DNA of 63,553 bases, filler included, from Reclinomonas americana ATCC 50394 (lineage: Eukaryota): NCBI GenBank assembly GCA_048213135.1. It is 12 parts of 3 records of this genome, joined end to end, with 100 filler letters (N's around TTAATTAATTAA, not from the genome) between each part and the next. Parts side by side here need not be neighbours in the genome. Positions count along the whole stretch, not along the records: positions 39,287 to 49,791 come from PS015571.1; positions 49,892 to 52,524 come from PS015571.1; positions 52,625 to 56,321 come from PS015571.1; positions 56,422 to 59,385 come from PS015572.1; positions 59,486 to 63,553 come from PS015572.1; 7 more parts are not named here. The stretch is one strand, 5' to 3'. The notes under the pieces were generated by a model. That model had not been told where the DNA came from and ran no database searches. It was given only the letters and a program-made list of their open reading frames with translations. The position numbers were made by a program, and so were the translations under genes. Positions 48,101-60,119 of the stretch are shown piece after piece. How positions within the stretch are numbered: position 1 is the first letter of the stretch; each line of letters starts with the position of its first letter.

Positions 48101-49790
48101 CCAGCTCCAGTTTCTCCAGCAGCAATGCAATAACACCCTGCGCAATCAACAGTTTCTTGCCATCATCTGCGCGCAGCGCCTTGCTCTGTATGCATGATAC
48201 AATCGATCTGTTAACAGCAAACTGCTCGTACCCGTGACGGCTAGAGTGCCGATGAGCCGTGCTGCTTCAGCCACCAATATGTGGTCATCGGTTTCCAGTG
48301 CCCCCACCACGACTTCGTATTCGCCGTGATACTCGAGTGCGGCTCGGTTCTCATCTGTCACAGTGGTCAGCACATACTCCAGTCTGCGTGACGCAGTCTG
48401 TCATGAGGGGACGCACCAGAAATGGCAATGTTGGCAAAGAACGTAGAGGCCGCGGTCTTTACGTCCACCGAATCCGACTGCAACTGCAGCAGCGTGAACA
48501 TACTGCCGAGTTCCAGGAGCTGACGACGCACTCGATCTGCATTCCACAGCAAAGGCACTGAGCAACATCTGTAGGTCTGCAAAGGCAGTGGCGAGGAGAA
48601 CCTTCGTGCTCTCGCGTCTTGATCTTGCGAATGTAGTCGATCATGATGCGGAACGACTCGGCGCGATCGGTCTCAAAGACCTGAATGGCAGCCACGAGGC
48701 GGTCTCGTAATACAGCGGCCTACGCCAAGCAGCAACAGCATCATGAGTAAGGAAGTGGCATCATGCCCGCCAACAGCAACACTCGTCGTGACAAAACTCG
48801 TTGCTTGAGACGACCTGGATCCTCGGCAAGTGGCAGCCCGATAATGTCGTCAAAGAGACGGTGAATATCGTCGAGTGCCATGTCCACACTCAGGTAGAGA
48901 TTGCGCTCGCAATTGTCCTTCATGCGCGACAGATCTGTCGCCGCGCAAAAGTCAACGTAGCCGAGAGCTTCGAGATGTGCGGGAATGTCGGCCTTGGTCT
49001 GTGATGGCACAGCGCGCGCGTTCAGCGTGAAACGAGAGAACGAAAAACGGCGTGGAGCATGCACGCAACAGAGCAGAACCAAAAGTGGCGGAATTCGGGC
49101 AAGTTCTGCTGGTTGATGGCTTGCAGTAAGTGATTGTTGAACGAGCGCCGACAATGTTCCTCCTCGTGCACCACATCCACTAAATCTTCGGGGGTGCTCA
49201 CTCGCTCTGTGTGAACAAAGCGAGAATGAGAAGATGATGGTCGACTCCACCGCAGTAAAAAAAGAAAACAGACACAACTGGAGTATGCAATGTTCGCCAG
49301 AGCGCCCAGTGCAGCCGCTTGCGCCGACGTATCAGCGAAACCAATCACATCGAGCAAACGATGGCCAGTCTTCTCCAGCACAACGTCCTTGTTCTCCTCA
49401 AGCCTGGCCACACGACCAGTGGCTTTGGCGACCTGTGCAATCAGTTCCTCCTCGTTGCGATACATGAGCTGGAGAAGGATCTTCAGTCCGTCGAGTTGCA
49501 CGAAAAAGTACGCAATGTCCTCTGTGCAAGGCACACACAGTGCGTGTGAGTGCCAGCGGTGAAGACACATACGAGACTCACACAAGCGAACCGTCTGCCA
49601 CCAGCTCGGCGGTGGCACGCGCAATCTCGGTCAACACCGACACTTTCGATTCGCTGCGGAGGCGCTTCACCAAGCGATGCAGAACGCCCTCCTTTACAAA
49701 CTCCTTTCGCAGCGATGGGTCTGCACGGAAGCGCAGTGGGTGGTCAGCAACGAGTGACGGGTTACTCTGCTGCTCACTGCAAGATGACAC
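36115..49790 (-). CDS. Giant armadillo-repeat protein with an internal acidic/RS segment and C-terminal filamin-type Ig repeats. 5' end missing; contigs 37306-37556 and 45460-46972 are flipped to +
   Basis: Many ARM-like repeats (e.g. EFKMQIGQRGGLPALVELM...AVRVIAN). RSRSRS tract near 39700-39775. The exon at ~38455-38776 runs from an ARM-like segment into a filamin repeat (NCTLTGFGMLGG...DNMDGTH). Further repeats: CRGPGLYRPRVG, GDGTYTIKYTP...SPF. Continuity across linkers is inferred. Confidence 0.7.
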
Positions 49791-50142
49791 GNNNNNNNNN
49801 NNNNNNNNNNNNNNNNNNNNNNNNNNNNNNNNNNNTTAATTAATTAANNNNNNNNNNNNNNNNNNNNNNNNNNNNNNNNNNNNNNNNNNNNCAGAGGAGA
49901 CGCGTGCACGCATACACTTGCTACACACACACACGCACATGCACACTCTCTCCTCTCTTGCACGCACAGAGAAAAGTTGAGATATCGACGGAGAAAATCG
50001 AGGAAAATTCCCCCGCATTTTTCCGCAAAAGGTGTGCAACGCACGCAAAGCTTCTCCCCCTTCCTCCCCTTCCTCTCCCCCCCCCCTCCCCCTCCTCTCT
50101 CTCTCACACACACACACCCTCTCTCTCCCCACAGCAACCAAC

Positions 50143-51072
50143 ATGGCCGCCTCGAAACCCGTGCTCGCCGTCTTCACTGCCACCTCGCAGTCGGGCTACG
50201 CCTTCCTCGAGGGCATGATCCCCCACCTCGACAAGTTCGACGTGGTGGCCATTGTGCGCTCGGAGGCTCGTGCCGCCGAGGTGCGCGCGCGCTTCCCCGC
50301 ACACGCCGAGCACTTGCAGTTCCGCACGTGCGCCGATGCCGCCAGCATCGACGACGTGACGGCGGCCTTTGCCGGGGTCGACGGTGCGCTGCTGGTGACT
50401 CCGGTGCACCACGAGCGCGGCCACCTCACGCTCAACATGATCCACGCCGCCAAGCGCGCCGGTGTCAAGTACATTTGCATTGTCGGCTCTTGGACCGCTG
50501 CGTGCGAGCATCCGCGCTTCCGCTTGGACTTCACCGACGGCGAGGACCTGGCACGCAAGGAGTTCCCGCACCACGCGGCCTCGCTGCGCAACGGCTTCTT
50601 CATGAGCAACTTCCTCGGCGCCGCCAAGACCGTGAAGGGCGCCAACTCCATCTTCACGCCGCTCAAGGACACGCGTTTCGCCAGCATCGACCCCGACGAT
50701 ATCGGGCACACCGGTGCCGCAGTGCTGCGCAGTGCGCCGTACGGTGACGCCGACGGCAAGTGGGACGAGGAGCTGAAGATCGTCAACGTCTCCGGCCCCG
50801 AGACCACCTCCTACGACGAGGTGGCGTCGATCCTCTCCGAGTTGCTCGGCCGCGAGATCCGCGCCGTCGGTGTCAGCCTGCAGCAGGCCGAGGGTGGCAT
50901 GCGCGCGTCGGGAATGGACGACCACGAGATCGAGTTTGTTGTCGCCCTCGTGCCGTTCATGCTCGACGGCAGCGCCAACATCGAGGCGCCCTTCCCCGAC
51001 GTCGAGCAGTGGACCGGTCGCCGCTCCACGATCCGTGCCTTCCTCGAGCGCAACATTGCCGCCTTCCAGTGA
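50143..51072 (+). CDS. NmrA-like NAD(P)-binding atypical SDR, intronless, 309 aa
   Basis: Single ORF with Rossmann start VLAVFTATSQSG, AFAGVDGALLV, AAKRAGVK, LRNGFFMSN, IDPDDIG and SGPETTSYDEVASILSELLGREI. Confidence 0.88.
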   Translation: MAASKPVLAVFTATSQSGYAFLEGMIPHLDKFDVVAIVRSEARAAEVRARFPAHAEHLQFRTCADAASIDDVTAAFAGVDGALLVTPVHHERGHLTLNMIHAAKRAGVKYICIVGSWTAACEHPRFRLDFTDGEDLARKEFPHHAASLRNGFFMSNFLGAAKTVKGANSIFTPLKDTRFASIDPDDIGHTGAAVLRSAPYGDADGKWDEELKIVNVSGPETTSYDEVASILSELLGREIRAVGVSLQQAEGGMRASGMDDHEIEFVVALVPFMLDGSANIEAPFPDVEQWTGRRSTIRAFLERNIAAFQ

Positions 51073-51139
51073 CGTGCGAGGACAAGGAAGACAATCGCTG
51101 CGATCGAAGAGTAAACACTGACGACGCTGTGAGCGAGGC

Positions 51140-54100
51140 ATGTTTCATGCGCGACAGGGGAAAGATGCCCCTACTCGTCGACACGCCAAGCCTGGGCGAG
51201 GGCGGGGGCGCGGAGGCCGTCCCGCACGCACGTACACGGAGCGCGTGTTGCCACAAGCTGCACTGGCATTGTTGGATGAAGACGACGACGATGATGATGA
51301 GGGAGAGGAGGTGGAGGAAGACGAAGACGGCATTGTAGAACCACAAGAGCGACAGCGAGGAGGGGGAGAAAAGGCACACAAGGTGTGTGTGCGTGTGTGT
51401 GCATGTGAGTGTGTGTGATTATCGTCGTTCTCAAGCACTCTCACCGCCGCAGGAGGCTGAGCAAGTTGTGTGTGATGACCATGGATGCTGAATGTGTGCC
51501 TTCCCATTCACTGCTGCTTCTCTCTTACACGCACAGAAGGACGCGCCGCGAGAGCGCCAATCGGATGTGATGCGCAAGGAGCAAGAGTTTGCGCATGGTG
51601 GCGACTTTGGAGTTGAGTGATCGATCACGCACACGCAGAGAGCTTGTAAACATCCGCCGAGGCTCACCCCACCACTGGTGCTGTCTGGCTGCGCAGAAGT
51701 ACTTTGCCGGAAAGCAAGCACGCATTCGCGACCGCTTTGCACAGGAATTCGCCGAGAACACGGGTGGATACGGTCGCTTGCTGGAGAAGCAGCGGTGCGC
51801 GCCTGTCCTTTTTCCCAAGCAAGAAGACTGTAGCAGTTGTTTTTGATGTGCGTTCCTCGACAGGCATCGCCCGGAGCTCAGCAACCTCTTTGCCGGTGTC
51901 TCGATTTATGTGGATGGGCGCACAGATGTGCCGACACCCGAATTGCGACAGCTGATTGGTCTGCATGGTGGTCGCTACGAGTTGTACTACTCGCCGTCGC
52001 TGGTCACGCATATTGTCGCCGACAACTTGCCGCGTGCCAAGGCCCGGGAGCTTTCGTCGTTGCAGTATCCGCCATTGGTGGTGACGCACAGATGGATCAT
52101 CGACTCGCTCGAGTGTGGTCGTTTGCTGCCCATTGACGACTACCGCAATCGGAGCATGGTGGATGTGGCACAGACGACGCTGACACGCTACGTTTGCCCT
52201 CCGTCCAGTTCCACTACCACGACGACGACGACGACAACCACGTCAACAACAACAACAACGACGACGGCAACCATGGCCTCAGCGGGAAGTCTCGTGGGGG
52301 CGTCGCCGAGACCACCAGTACCCGGTTTGTCTGAATCGGGTATGCCGAGACCACCGCATGTAGCTGTGAATGCCGAGTCCACGGGCATGCCGAGACCACC
52401 ATCGACGACGGCGACGAGACCTTTGGTTTCCGCGGCCGTGGCTCCCGTGGCAGCCAAGCCACTGCAGCAGGCGACGACGCAGGTCGAGTCCACCTCCGAC
52501 ATGCCTAGACCACCACCCCCGCTANNNNNNNNNNNNNNNNNNNNNNNNNNNNNNNNNNNNNNNNNNNNTTAATTAATTAANNNNNNNNNNNNNNNNNNNN
52601 NNNNNNNNNNNNNNNNNNNNNNNNGCCACGCCACTTGGGCCACCACTTGCGAAGCTGCCACCACCGCCGCCGCTTCCTCCTCCACCGCCTCTACCAGCTC
52701 CTTCATCTGTCAGCACCGCAGCGGAACCGCAAGTTGCCGACACGGCCACTGCCGCGCGTCCCTCGGGTCCGCGCCCGCGACGCAAGTACATTCCGGATGG
52801 TGCCAGCGATTTTTACGAGGGTTTTGTGCAAGAGTACCACCAATCGTCGCGCTTGCATTTCATCGGCACTTGGCGATCACGCTTCAATCAGTTGCGAGCA
52901 TGTGGTGTCAGGTTGCATGCTGGCGCACTGACGTTGACACATCACCTCTGGCAGGCACTTGAAAACCATGGATCCACAGAGCAGCGACGCGCGCTTCGGT
53001 CATCCGTCGCAGGTGGGCGATGCGGCCGAGAGGCTGATTGCGCACATTGACATGGTGCGTGTGTCATTTTTGTGATTGTGCTGCGCTGCCGCTGACAGAT
53101 AGATCTACATTTTGTGTAGGACTGCTTCTTCGCCAGTGTGTGTCTACGATCACATCCAGAGCTGCGTGATCAGCCGGTGGCGGTCGGCCACTCGGAGCGC
53201 GGCAACACNNNNNNNNNNNNNNNNNNNNNNNNNNNNNNNNNNNNNNNNNNNNNNNNNNNNNNNNNNNNNNNNNNNNNNNNNNNNNNNNNNNNNNNNNNNN
53301 NNNNNNNNNNNNNNNNNNNNNNNNNNNNNNNNNNNNNNNNNNNNNNNNNNNNNNNNNNNNNNNNNNNNNNNNNNNNNNNNNNNNNNNNNNNNNNNNNNNN
53401 NNNNNNNNNNNNNNNNNNNNNNNNNNNNNNNNNNNNNNNNNNNNNNNNNNNNNNNNNNNNNNNNNNNNNNNNNNNNNNNNNNNNNNNNNNNNNNNNNNNN
53501 NNNNNNNNNNNNNNNNNNNNNNNNNNNNNNNNNNNNNNNNNNNNNNNNNNNNNNNNNNNNNNNNNNNNNNNNNNNNNNNNNNNNNNNNNNNNNNNNNNNN
53601 NNNNNNNNNNNNNNNNNNNNNNNNNNNNNNNNNNNNNNNNNNNNNNNNNNNNNNNNNNNNNNNNNNNNNNNNNNNNNNNNNNNNNNNNNNNNNNNNNNNN
53701 NNNNNNNNNNNNNNNNNNNNNNNNNNNNNNNNNNNNNNNNNNNNNNNNNNNNNNNNNNNNNNNNNNNNNNNNNNNNNNNNNNNNNNNNNNNNNNNNNNNN
53801 NNNNNNNNNNNNNNNNNNNNNNNNNNNNNNNNNNNNNNNNNNNNNNNNNNNNNNNNNNNNNNNNNNNNNNNNNNNNNNNNNNNNNNNNNNNNNNNNNNNN
53901 NNNNNNNNNNNNNNNNNNNNNNNNNNNNNNNNNNNNNNNNNNNNNNNNNNNNNNNNNNNNNNNNNNNNNNNNNNNNNNNNNNNNNNNNNNNNNNNNNNNN
54001 NNNNNNNNNNNNNNNNNNNNNNNNNNNNNNNNNNNNAGGCGAAGTGGCCTCGGTCAACTACGAAGCCCGCAAGTACGGCGTACGCAATGGCATGTGGCTT

Positions 54101-56235
54101 GGCTCGGCGCGCAAGTTGGTCAGTGTGCAACCGCTGTGCACGAGCCTACGCGCATTGCTCACACGACCATGCACAAACAGTGCCCAAACCTGCGCGTGAT
54201 TCCGTACCAGTTCGACCAGTTTGAACAGGTCCGATGGTGTTGCTGTTGATATATCCATCAGGTGCCATGCTTACGTTTGTGCTCGTGGTGTAGGTGTCGC
54301 TGGCGCTGTATGAGACGCTTTTCCGCTGGTCGGCTCGTGTGCAGGTGCGCCATCTCGAAGTGCATTTGTTCTCATGCCGTGTATCATTCACGACCTCTCT
54401 TGTGCTGCTACTGTAGCCGCTGAGCTGTGATGAGGCGCTGCTGGACATCACGGGCTCGCCAGATCCCGTCGCCACCATGGCCGAAATCCGGCGCGAGATC
54501 GAAGAGCGCACGCAGTGCACCGCCTCGGCTGGCATTTGTTGCATTCTACTTTCCCCCCTCTTGCTGCTGCGTCACATCGTCTGACTGTGCGTCGACCAGC
54601 GTGCAACATTCTCTTTGCTCGACTCGCCACAGGTCGTGCCAAACCCAACGGACAGCTGTACCTGTCGCGAGCCGATGTATGTGAAACGCCTCATTATCTC
54701 GTATGCTTACACTTACTCACTGGCTCAATCCCCAGGCCATGTCCCTGCTGCTTGATCTGCCCGTGCGCAGCCTGCATGGAGTCGGTTGGTCGCTGGCGAA
54801 AAAGTTGGAGGAAATGAATGTGGAAACATGTCGCCAGTTGCAGCAAGTGCCTTTGGTTGCGTACGTGCACTTGCTCGTCGAAGATGGTTTGTCGGTGTTG
54901 ACACCTGTGTTGTTGCCTGCAGTCTACGCTCAAGCGCGACTTTGGCGAAAAGACCGGTGAGATGCTGCACAACTTTTCTCGTGGTCACGACACTCGTGAG
55001 ATTGTCGTCAACGAGGTGAGTGACGCCACCGAGTACGCATGATCTCTCTGCGGAGGCAGCTGACCACTTCCGATCGGGTCACAGGGACCCAAGTCGGTGG
55101 GCGCACAAGTGACGTGGGGTGTGCGGTTGGCGTCGCAGGAAGAGGCCATGACCCTCGTTCGCAACATGTGCGAGCAGTCGGTGAAGCGACTGCACGAGGG
55201 CAATCTCCGGTGCAAGTGTGTGACTGTGAAAGTGAGTGTTGTGGTGCGCTCTCCCTTCACGAAACCGCGTGCAGGGGCCCATTTCTGTGCGTTGCCTGCA
55301 GCTGATGCAACGGCGTCCTGGCTCTGACCAACCGGCCAAGTTTCTCGGTCACGGCGACTGTGTCAACTTCTCCAAGAGCACAATGCTGCCCGAGTCGACA
55401 TCTTCGTTGGATGCAGTACATGCACATGCCCGCGCCCTCTTCCTCGCCTTCAAGATCCCGTACATCGAGGTGCGCGGTCTCGGCATTGCATTATCTCGAC
55501 TGTCGGTCAGCACCGGCGCCAGTGGTCCTCGCCAGGGTTCGTCGTCTTCGCGGCCCCAAGTCTCTATTTTTTCTACACGAGCTCAACGCGTAGTTCTCGT
55601 TACAGGCACGCTGGATGGCATGGCGGCCTATCACGCAGCGCGTAGCAGTGACACGGACCAGCTGGTGTCGAGAAAGCGCTCGCCAGACGAGGCCGACATG
55701 TTGCCGTCACTGTCGCAGCTCGACGAGCAGGTTCTGGCACAACTGCCGGCCTCCATTCGAGAGGAGGTGGAGCGCTCGTACGGTCGCAGTCTTCGTCGAC
55801 CGCCCCCGCCATCGGCGTCAGGGCCACCACAGCAGCCGGCACCGGCGGGCTCGCTGCTGTCCATGATGCGACGCAAGCAACCAGTGCATGTGGTGGACAT
55901 GGACGACGACGATGAAGGCGGCAATGCCGTGATCGACGTCGATGCCGAAGACGATCCGGTGGACGTTGACAATGGTGACGACGGCGACGACGACGACGAC
56001 GACGAGGTGGTGGACGTGGATCAGCTGGTCGAACCACCGGTCAAGCGACGACGGCTGCAACCGGCGACAGCCGCTGCGGGAGAGCCGTCGTTGCGGAAAC
56101 GCGGTCGGGGCGGTGGCGGTGCTGTGGGCAAGCGAGTTGCCGGTGCGATGCAACGAACGCTGCTTGAGACGCGACAGGCCACCGCCATGGCCGCTCATCG
56201 CATTGACCCGAGTGTGCTGGAGGAACTGCCGCCTC
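51140..56235 (+). CDS. REV1: DNA repair protein REV1 (Y-family deoxycytidyl transferase), C-terminus in gap
   Basis: GGDFGKYFAGK, BRCT (LFAGVSIYVDG...HGG...WIIDS), SRLHFIGTW, HIDMDCFFASV, VNYEARKYGVRNGMWLG, SCDEA, KFLGHGDC and UBM-like LDEQVLAQLPASIREEV. Confidence 0.95.
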
Positions 56236-56276
56236 GTTGCGCTCGTGCCCTTCTTTTTATGTGTTGAAACTGGTTA

Positions 56277-56321
<45 letters not shown>

Positions 56322-56421
56322 NNNNNNNNNNNNNNNNNNNNNNNNNNNNNNNNNNNNNNNNNNNNTTAATTAATTAANNNNNNNNNNNNNNNNNNNNNNN
56401 NNNNNNNNNNNNNNNNNNNNN

Positions 56422-58441
56422 CAAGAGCTTCTCCTTGCGCAGTCGATCCTGCAGGGCAAGCAGTCGCCACGCCGCAGTCGGTTCTCTCGAGGCACTCCCA
56501 CCCGCGGCCGGCTCCGCCGCCACCGCACGACCCGACGATGCCGCCGCCGCAGCTGCCGAAGCCGCCGCCGCCGCCGCCACCGCCACATTCGGCACCTGCG
56601 CATCATTGCATTCAGTCGCCAGCGCGGAGGGGGAGCGAATGATGACGACACAACAACAGACAAACCGAGCACGAACGCGACCGCATGGCCTTGGAGCTCC
56701 CACCAGTCGCTGCCGCCGCCTGCCGCACACTATCCGCCGCGACACGCACCTGTCGCTTCGGCACCAGCACCGGCGGCGAGGTGGCCGAGCTGGAAGGTCG
56801 CGCCAACACAGGAGCCGAGGCCGCCGGTGACGCAGTGGCCGCTGGTGGTGGCGACAGGCCAGCGCGCAGCGACACAGACGAGGCTGCGGCCCACGGCGAC
56901 GAGAGACCACCGCGGCGATTGGGGCGCGTGACATCAGCAAAGGCCTCTTCGGCGCTGGGATCGTGCGTGCCTCCGAGCACCACTCGCACGCTCGACAACT
57001 TGGTTTCACCACCGCCCACACCATCGTCCTCCTCATCATCGCTGCTCGCATCGTCGATGTGCTCCAGCACCACACTCCCCGCATCGTCATCCTCACGCAA
57101 CGATCTAATGCGAGTGCGAGTGTGCGTGTGTGTGTTGTCATCAGTATCTGCATGTTAACACGCCGAAAGCACTGCGCGTGAAACGTACCCGTTGCTGTTG
57201 ATAGTGAACGAGGTGACTGTCTCCACCACGCTCTCACTGACCATGCGTGCAATGGCCGCGGAGCCCGTGGGCGACGACACCGCGGGATGTCTGCTGGCCA
57301 TTGCGCGCACAAAACACACTCACACACTCACACACACACGCGCGCGCGCACGTCAACAGCNNNNNNNNNNNNNNNNNNNNNNNNNNNNNNNNNNNNNNNN
57401 NNNNNNNNNNNNNNNNNNNNNNNNNNNNNNNNNNNNNNNNNNNNNNNNNNNNNNNNNNNNNNNNNNNNNNNNNNNNNNNNNNNNNNNNNNNNNNNNNNNN
57501 NNNNNNNNNNNNNNNNNNNNNNNNNNNNNNNNNNNNNNNNNNNNNNNNNNNNNNNNNNNNNNNNNNNNNNNNNNNNNNNNNNNNNNNNNNNNNNNNNNNN
57601 NNNNNNCGTGTGCCAGGCCCCTCTGCCACGCACCAAAACTCAGCCGAATGTTGGTGTGCGACATTTTTCGACTGCGCGACGCTGCCGTCGATGAGGACGA
57701 GGAGGAGGAGGAGGAGCCGAGTTGCGTCGTCGACTGATTTCGGCGCATTCCCGCATCATCCGGAGAGGTGGGTGGACCATTCTTCAACAGATCCTCGCGA
57801 ATCTGTAGCATGCACACACGGTTAGTGGCGCCAACACGAGCGCGGCCGGGGAAAACCACGAGGCGCACCTTTGTCGGATTGAGTTGCACATTGAACTCCT
57901 CCATCTGCAGCATCTCATTCAACGGCTGCGCGAGAACGGCATTCAGGTACCCAGATCCGCGTCGTCTGTCGCACACACAACCGGCACATGTGAGCAACGG
58001 CGGGCTCACACACACACATACAAACAAGGGAGCCCCCACCTGGCATACAGCGGCAGCAGCTTCTTGACAAAGATATTCTCAAACAGCTTCCTCGGCGCAG
58101 TCAGCTGCGACATTGCCTGGTTGATGATTTCCTGTGGTCCACCAGATAAATTGAGACGACAAGAGGGGGGAGGTGGCTTCATCGGTCATGCACGAAAAAT
58201 TACCTTCAAGAAGAGCAAGTTGGCGCGGTTTTCGCGCGGCTCGTAGTGATTGCCGTACAACGAAAGCTGCAACATGCGAACGAGTGGATCGATCTCCTTG
58301 CGCACGCGCAGCGTCAGCTTCTGGTGCATGTAGTGGCCGTGAATGGCGCGGGCCAGCAACTCGGGATACTGTCGACATGCCGACACCAGCCGCTCATACG
58401 CCTGCACGCCGCCACTCCCGATGAGGAATCGTGAAGGCCAG

Positions 58442-58478
<37 letters not shown>

Positions 58479-58830
58479 CAAGACTCGTGTGACGCACATC
58501 CTTCTCGGCTCCCAGCGAATTAGCACTGAGGAACGAAGAGGTGATGGAGAGGGCGTCGTCGATATCGATCTCATGCGATCGTAGCCGATCCACATTCGTC
58601 TCGTACTCGCGAATCTCTGTCGCCACCACCGTCAGCTCACACGACACCAAGAGAGAGGAGAGAGGCGGTGATTTTCTACACACCCAGGGTCAGCAACGGA
58701 ATCGTGGTGAGCAGCGAGAATCGTTTGTCAAGCAGCCTGCCAGACGATCATCTCCAGTGAGCTCGAGAGAACTTACATGCCCAGCACGTGCGCCACGCAA
58801 CTCATCGATTTGTCGCTTCTCGTCCTCCAA
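56422..58830 (-). CDS. RasGAP/IQGAP-related protein, fragments (contig order probably scrambled)
   Basis: AYERLVSACRQYPELLA...LSLYGNHYEPRE...LLPLYARRRGSGYLNAVLAQPL...VQLNPTKI, typical of GAP1/IQGAP GRD-flanking regions. The low-complexity 56422-57300 piece is probably N-terminal. Confidence 0.75.
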
Positions 58831-58904
58831 NNNNNNNNNNNNNNNNNNNNNNNNNNNNNNNNNNNNNNNCCATGGTGGTCTCTCATCGGGTGGTGTCGTG
58901 ATGC

Positions 58905-59364
58905 AGATGGACAACGAAAGGACACAGTGGATGACGATGATGTGCAGCGGGTGCTCCGAAGAAGTTGCGCTCGTGATGTGTGAGCGGAGTATGTGCGTTT
59001 TCGTTCTCATTTTTTCGTTTTTTCATCCTCCAGATTCCGCCAACTTGTACTCGCTGTGCAACAAGATCATGGCCAACCTCAACGACAGTGTGCACTCCAT
59101 TCCGTACGGCGTGCGCTACGTCGCCAAGTGCATCAAGACGTTGCGTTGTGCTCACGCATGCATCTCCATGCTCTTCTGCTCCTCACCACCTCGCGCAGAC
59201 TGACACTGAAGCACTTCCCGGAGGAGCCCGAGGACAGCGTGCGCAAGCTGCTCGGCATCTTTGTGTTTGTCAATTTCATCATTCCAGCCATTACGGATCC
59301 AGAAAAGTACGGTGTGGTGCGCTCGCAGTACATTACGGTCAACCAACGGGAGACACTGGCCACG
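58905..59364 (+). CDS. RasGAP domain exons on a flipped contig
   Basis: SIPYGVRYVAKCI and LLGIFVFVNFIIPAITDPEKYG (RasGAP FLR...PA.P region with a VN substitution). Confidence 0.8.
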
Positions 59365-59707
59365 GTGAGCTAGAGAGGGAGAGGGNNNNNNNNNNNNNNN
59401 NNNNNNNNNNNNNNNNNNNNNNNNNNNNNTTAATTAATTAANNNNNNNNNNNNNNNNNNNNNNNNNNNNNNNNNNNNNNNNNNNNGAGGAGCGTGCACAT
59501 AAAAAAAGATGATGGGAAAAACGAGGAGCAAATGTTGGCGAAGAGAAAAAAGGTAGTGGGTGAGGGGGGAGAAAGGGGGATTAAAAACCGCAACAACAAG
59601 AACCGCGATGAATGGGGGGAGGAGGAAGGAGGGAGGGAGTGGGGGAAAAATCAGTCACAAAGAAAAGCAAGGAAAAAAAAGAGTGCCCTCTTTCTCTCTC
59701 TTGTGGT

Positions 59708-59812
59708 TTAGTAGAGGTTGGTCTTCTTCATGATGCGCAGGAACTCGTCCTCGTTGATCTCACCGTCGCCATCGCGATCTGCCTCGTCAATCATCTCCTG
59801 CAGCTCCTCATC
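59708..59812 (-). CDS. Centrin terminal exon (EF-hand 4): second centrin gene or alternative last exon
   Basis: Phase-1 acceptor tgtag|AT GAG GAG, giving [34 protein letters not shown], a canonical centrin C-terminus. Confidence 0.85.
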   Translation of the reverse strand, partial: DEELQEMIDEADRDGDGEINEDEFLRIMKKTNLY

Positions 59813-60119
59813 TACAATCGCAATCGCATCTCNNNNNNNNNNNNNNNNNNNNNNNNNNNNNNNNNNNNNNNNNNNNNNNNNNNNNNNNNNNNNNNNNNNN
59901 NNNNNNNNNNNNNNNGGTTTTTTTTTGCAAGGGAGCCGCAGAGGAGCGATGGAAGAGGAGACGGAGAGGGAGAGTGAGAGAAGGGATGGATGCTGCTGTA
60001 ATGAGCGCTGTGTGTGTACTTCTTCGTCATGTGACTGCGACATTTGTTTGGTTCCATTTTGTTTCTGTTTCATTCACACAATGGCAGTGGCGCGCCTCTC
60101 GCCACGCACCACCACCCAC

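Noticed and set aside
50104..51141. Long antisense ORF over the NmrA-like gene, and the many X-filled ORFs in the track
   Set aside because: These arise from high-GC3 codon bias and from N-gaps, and show no recognisable motifs.
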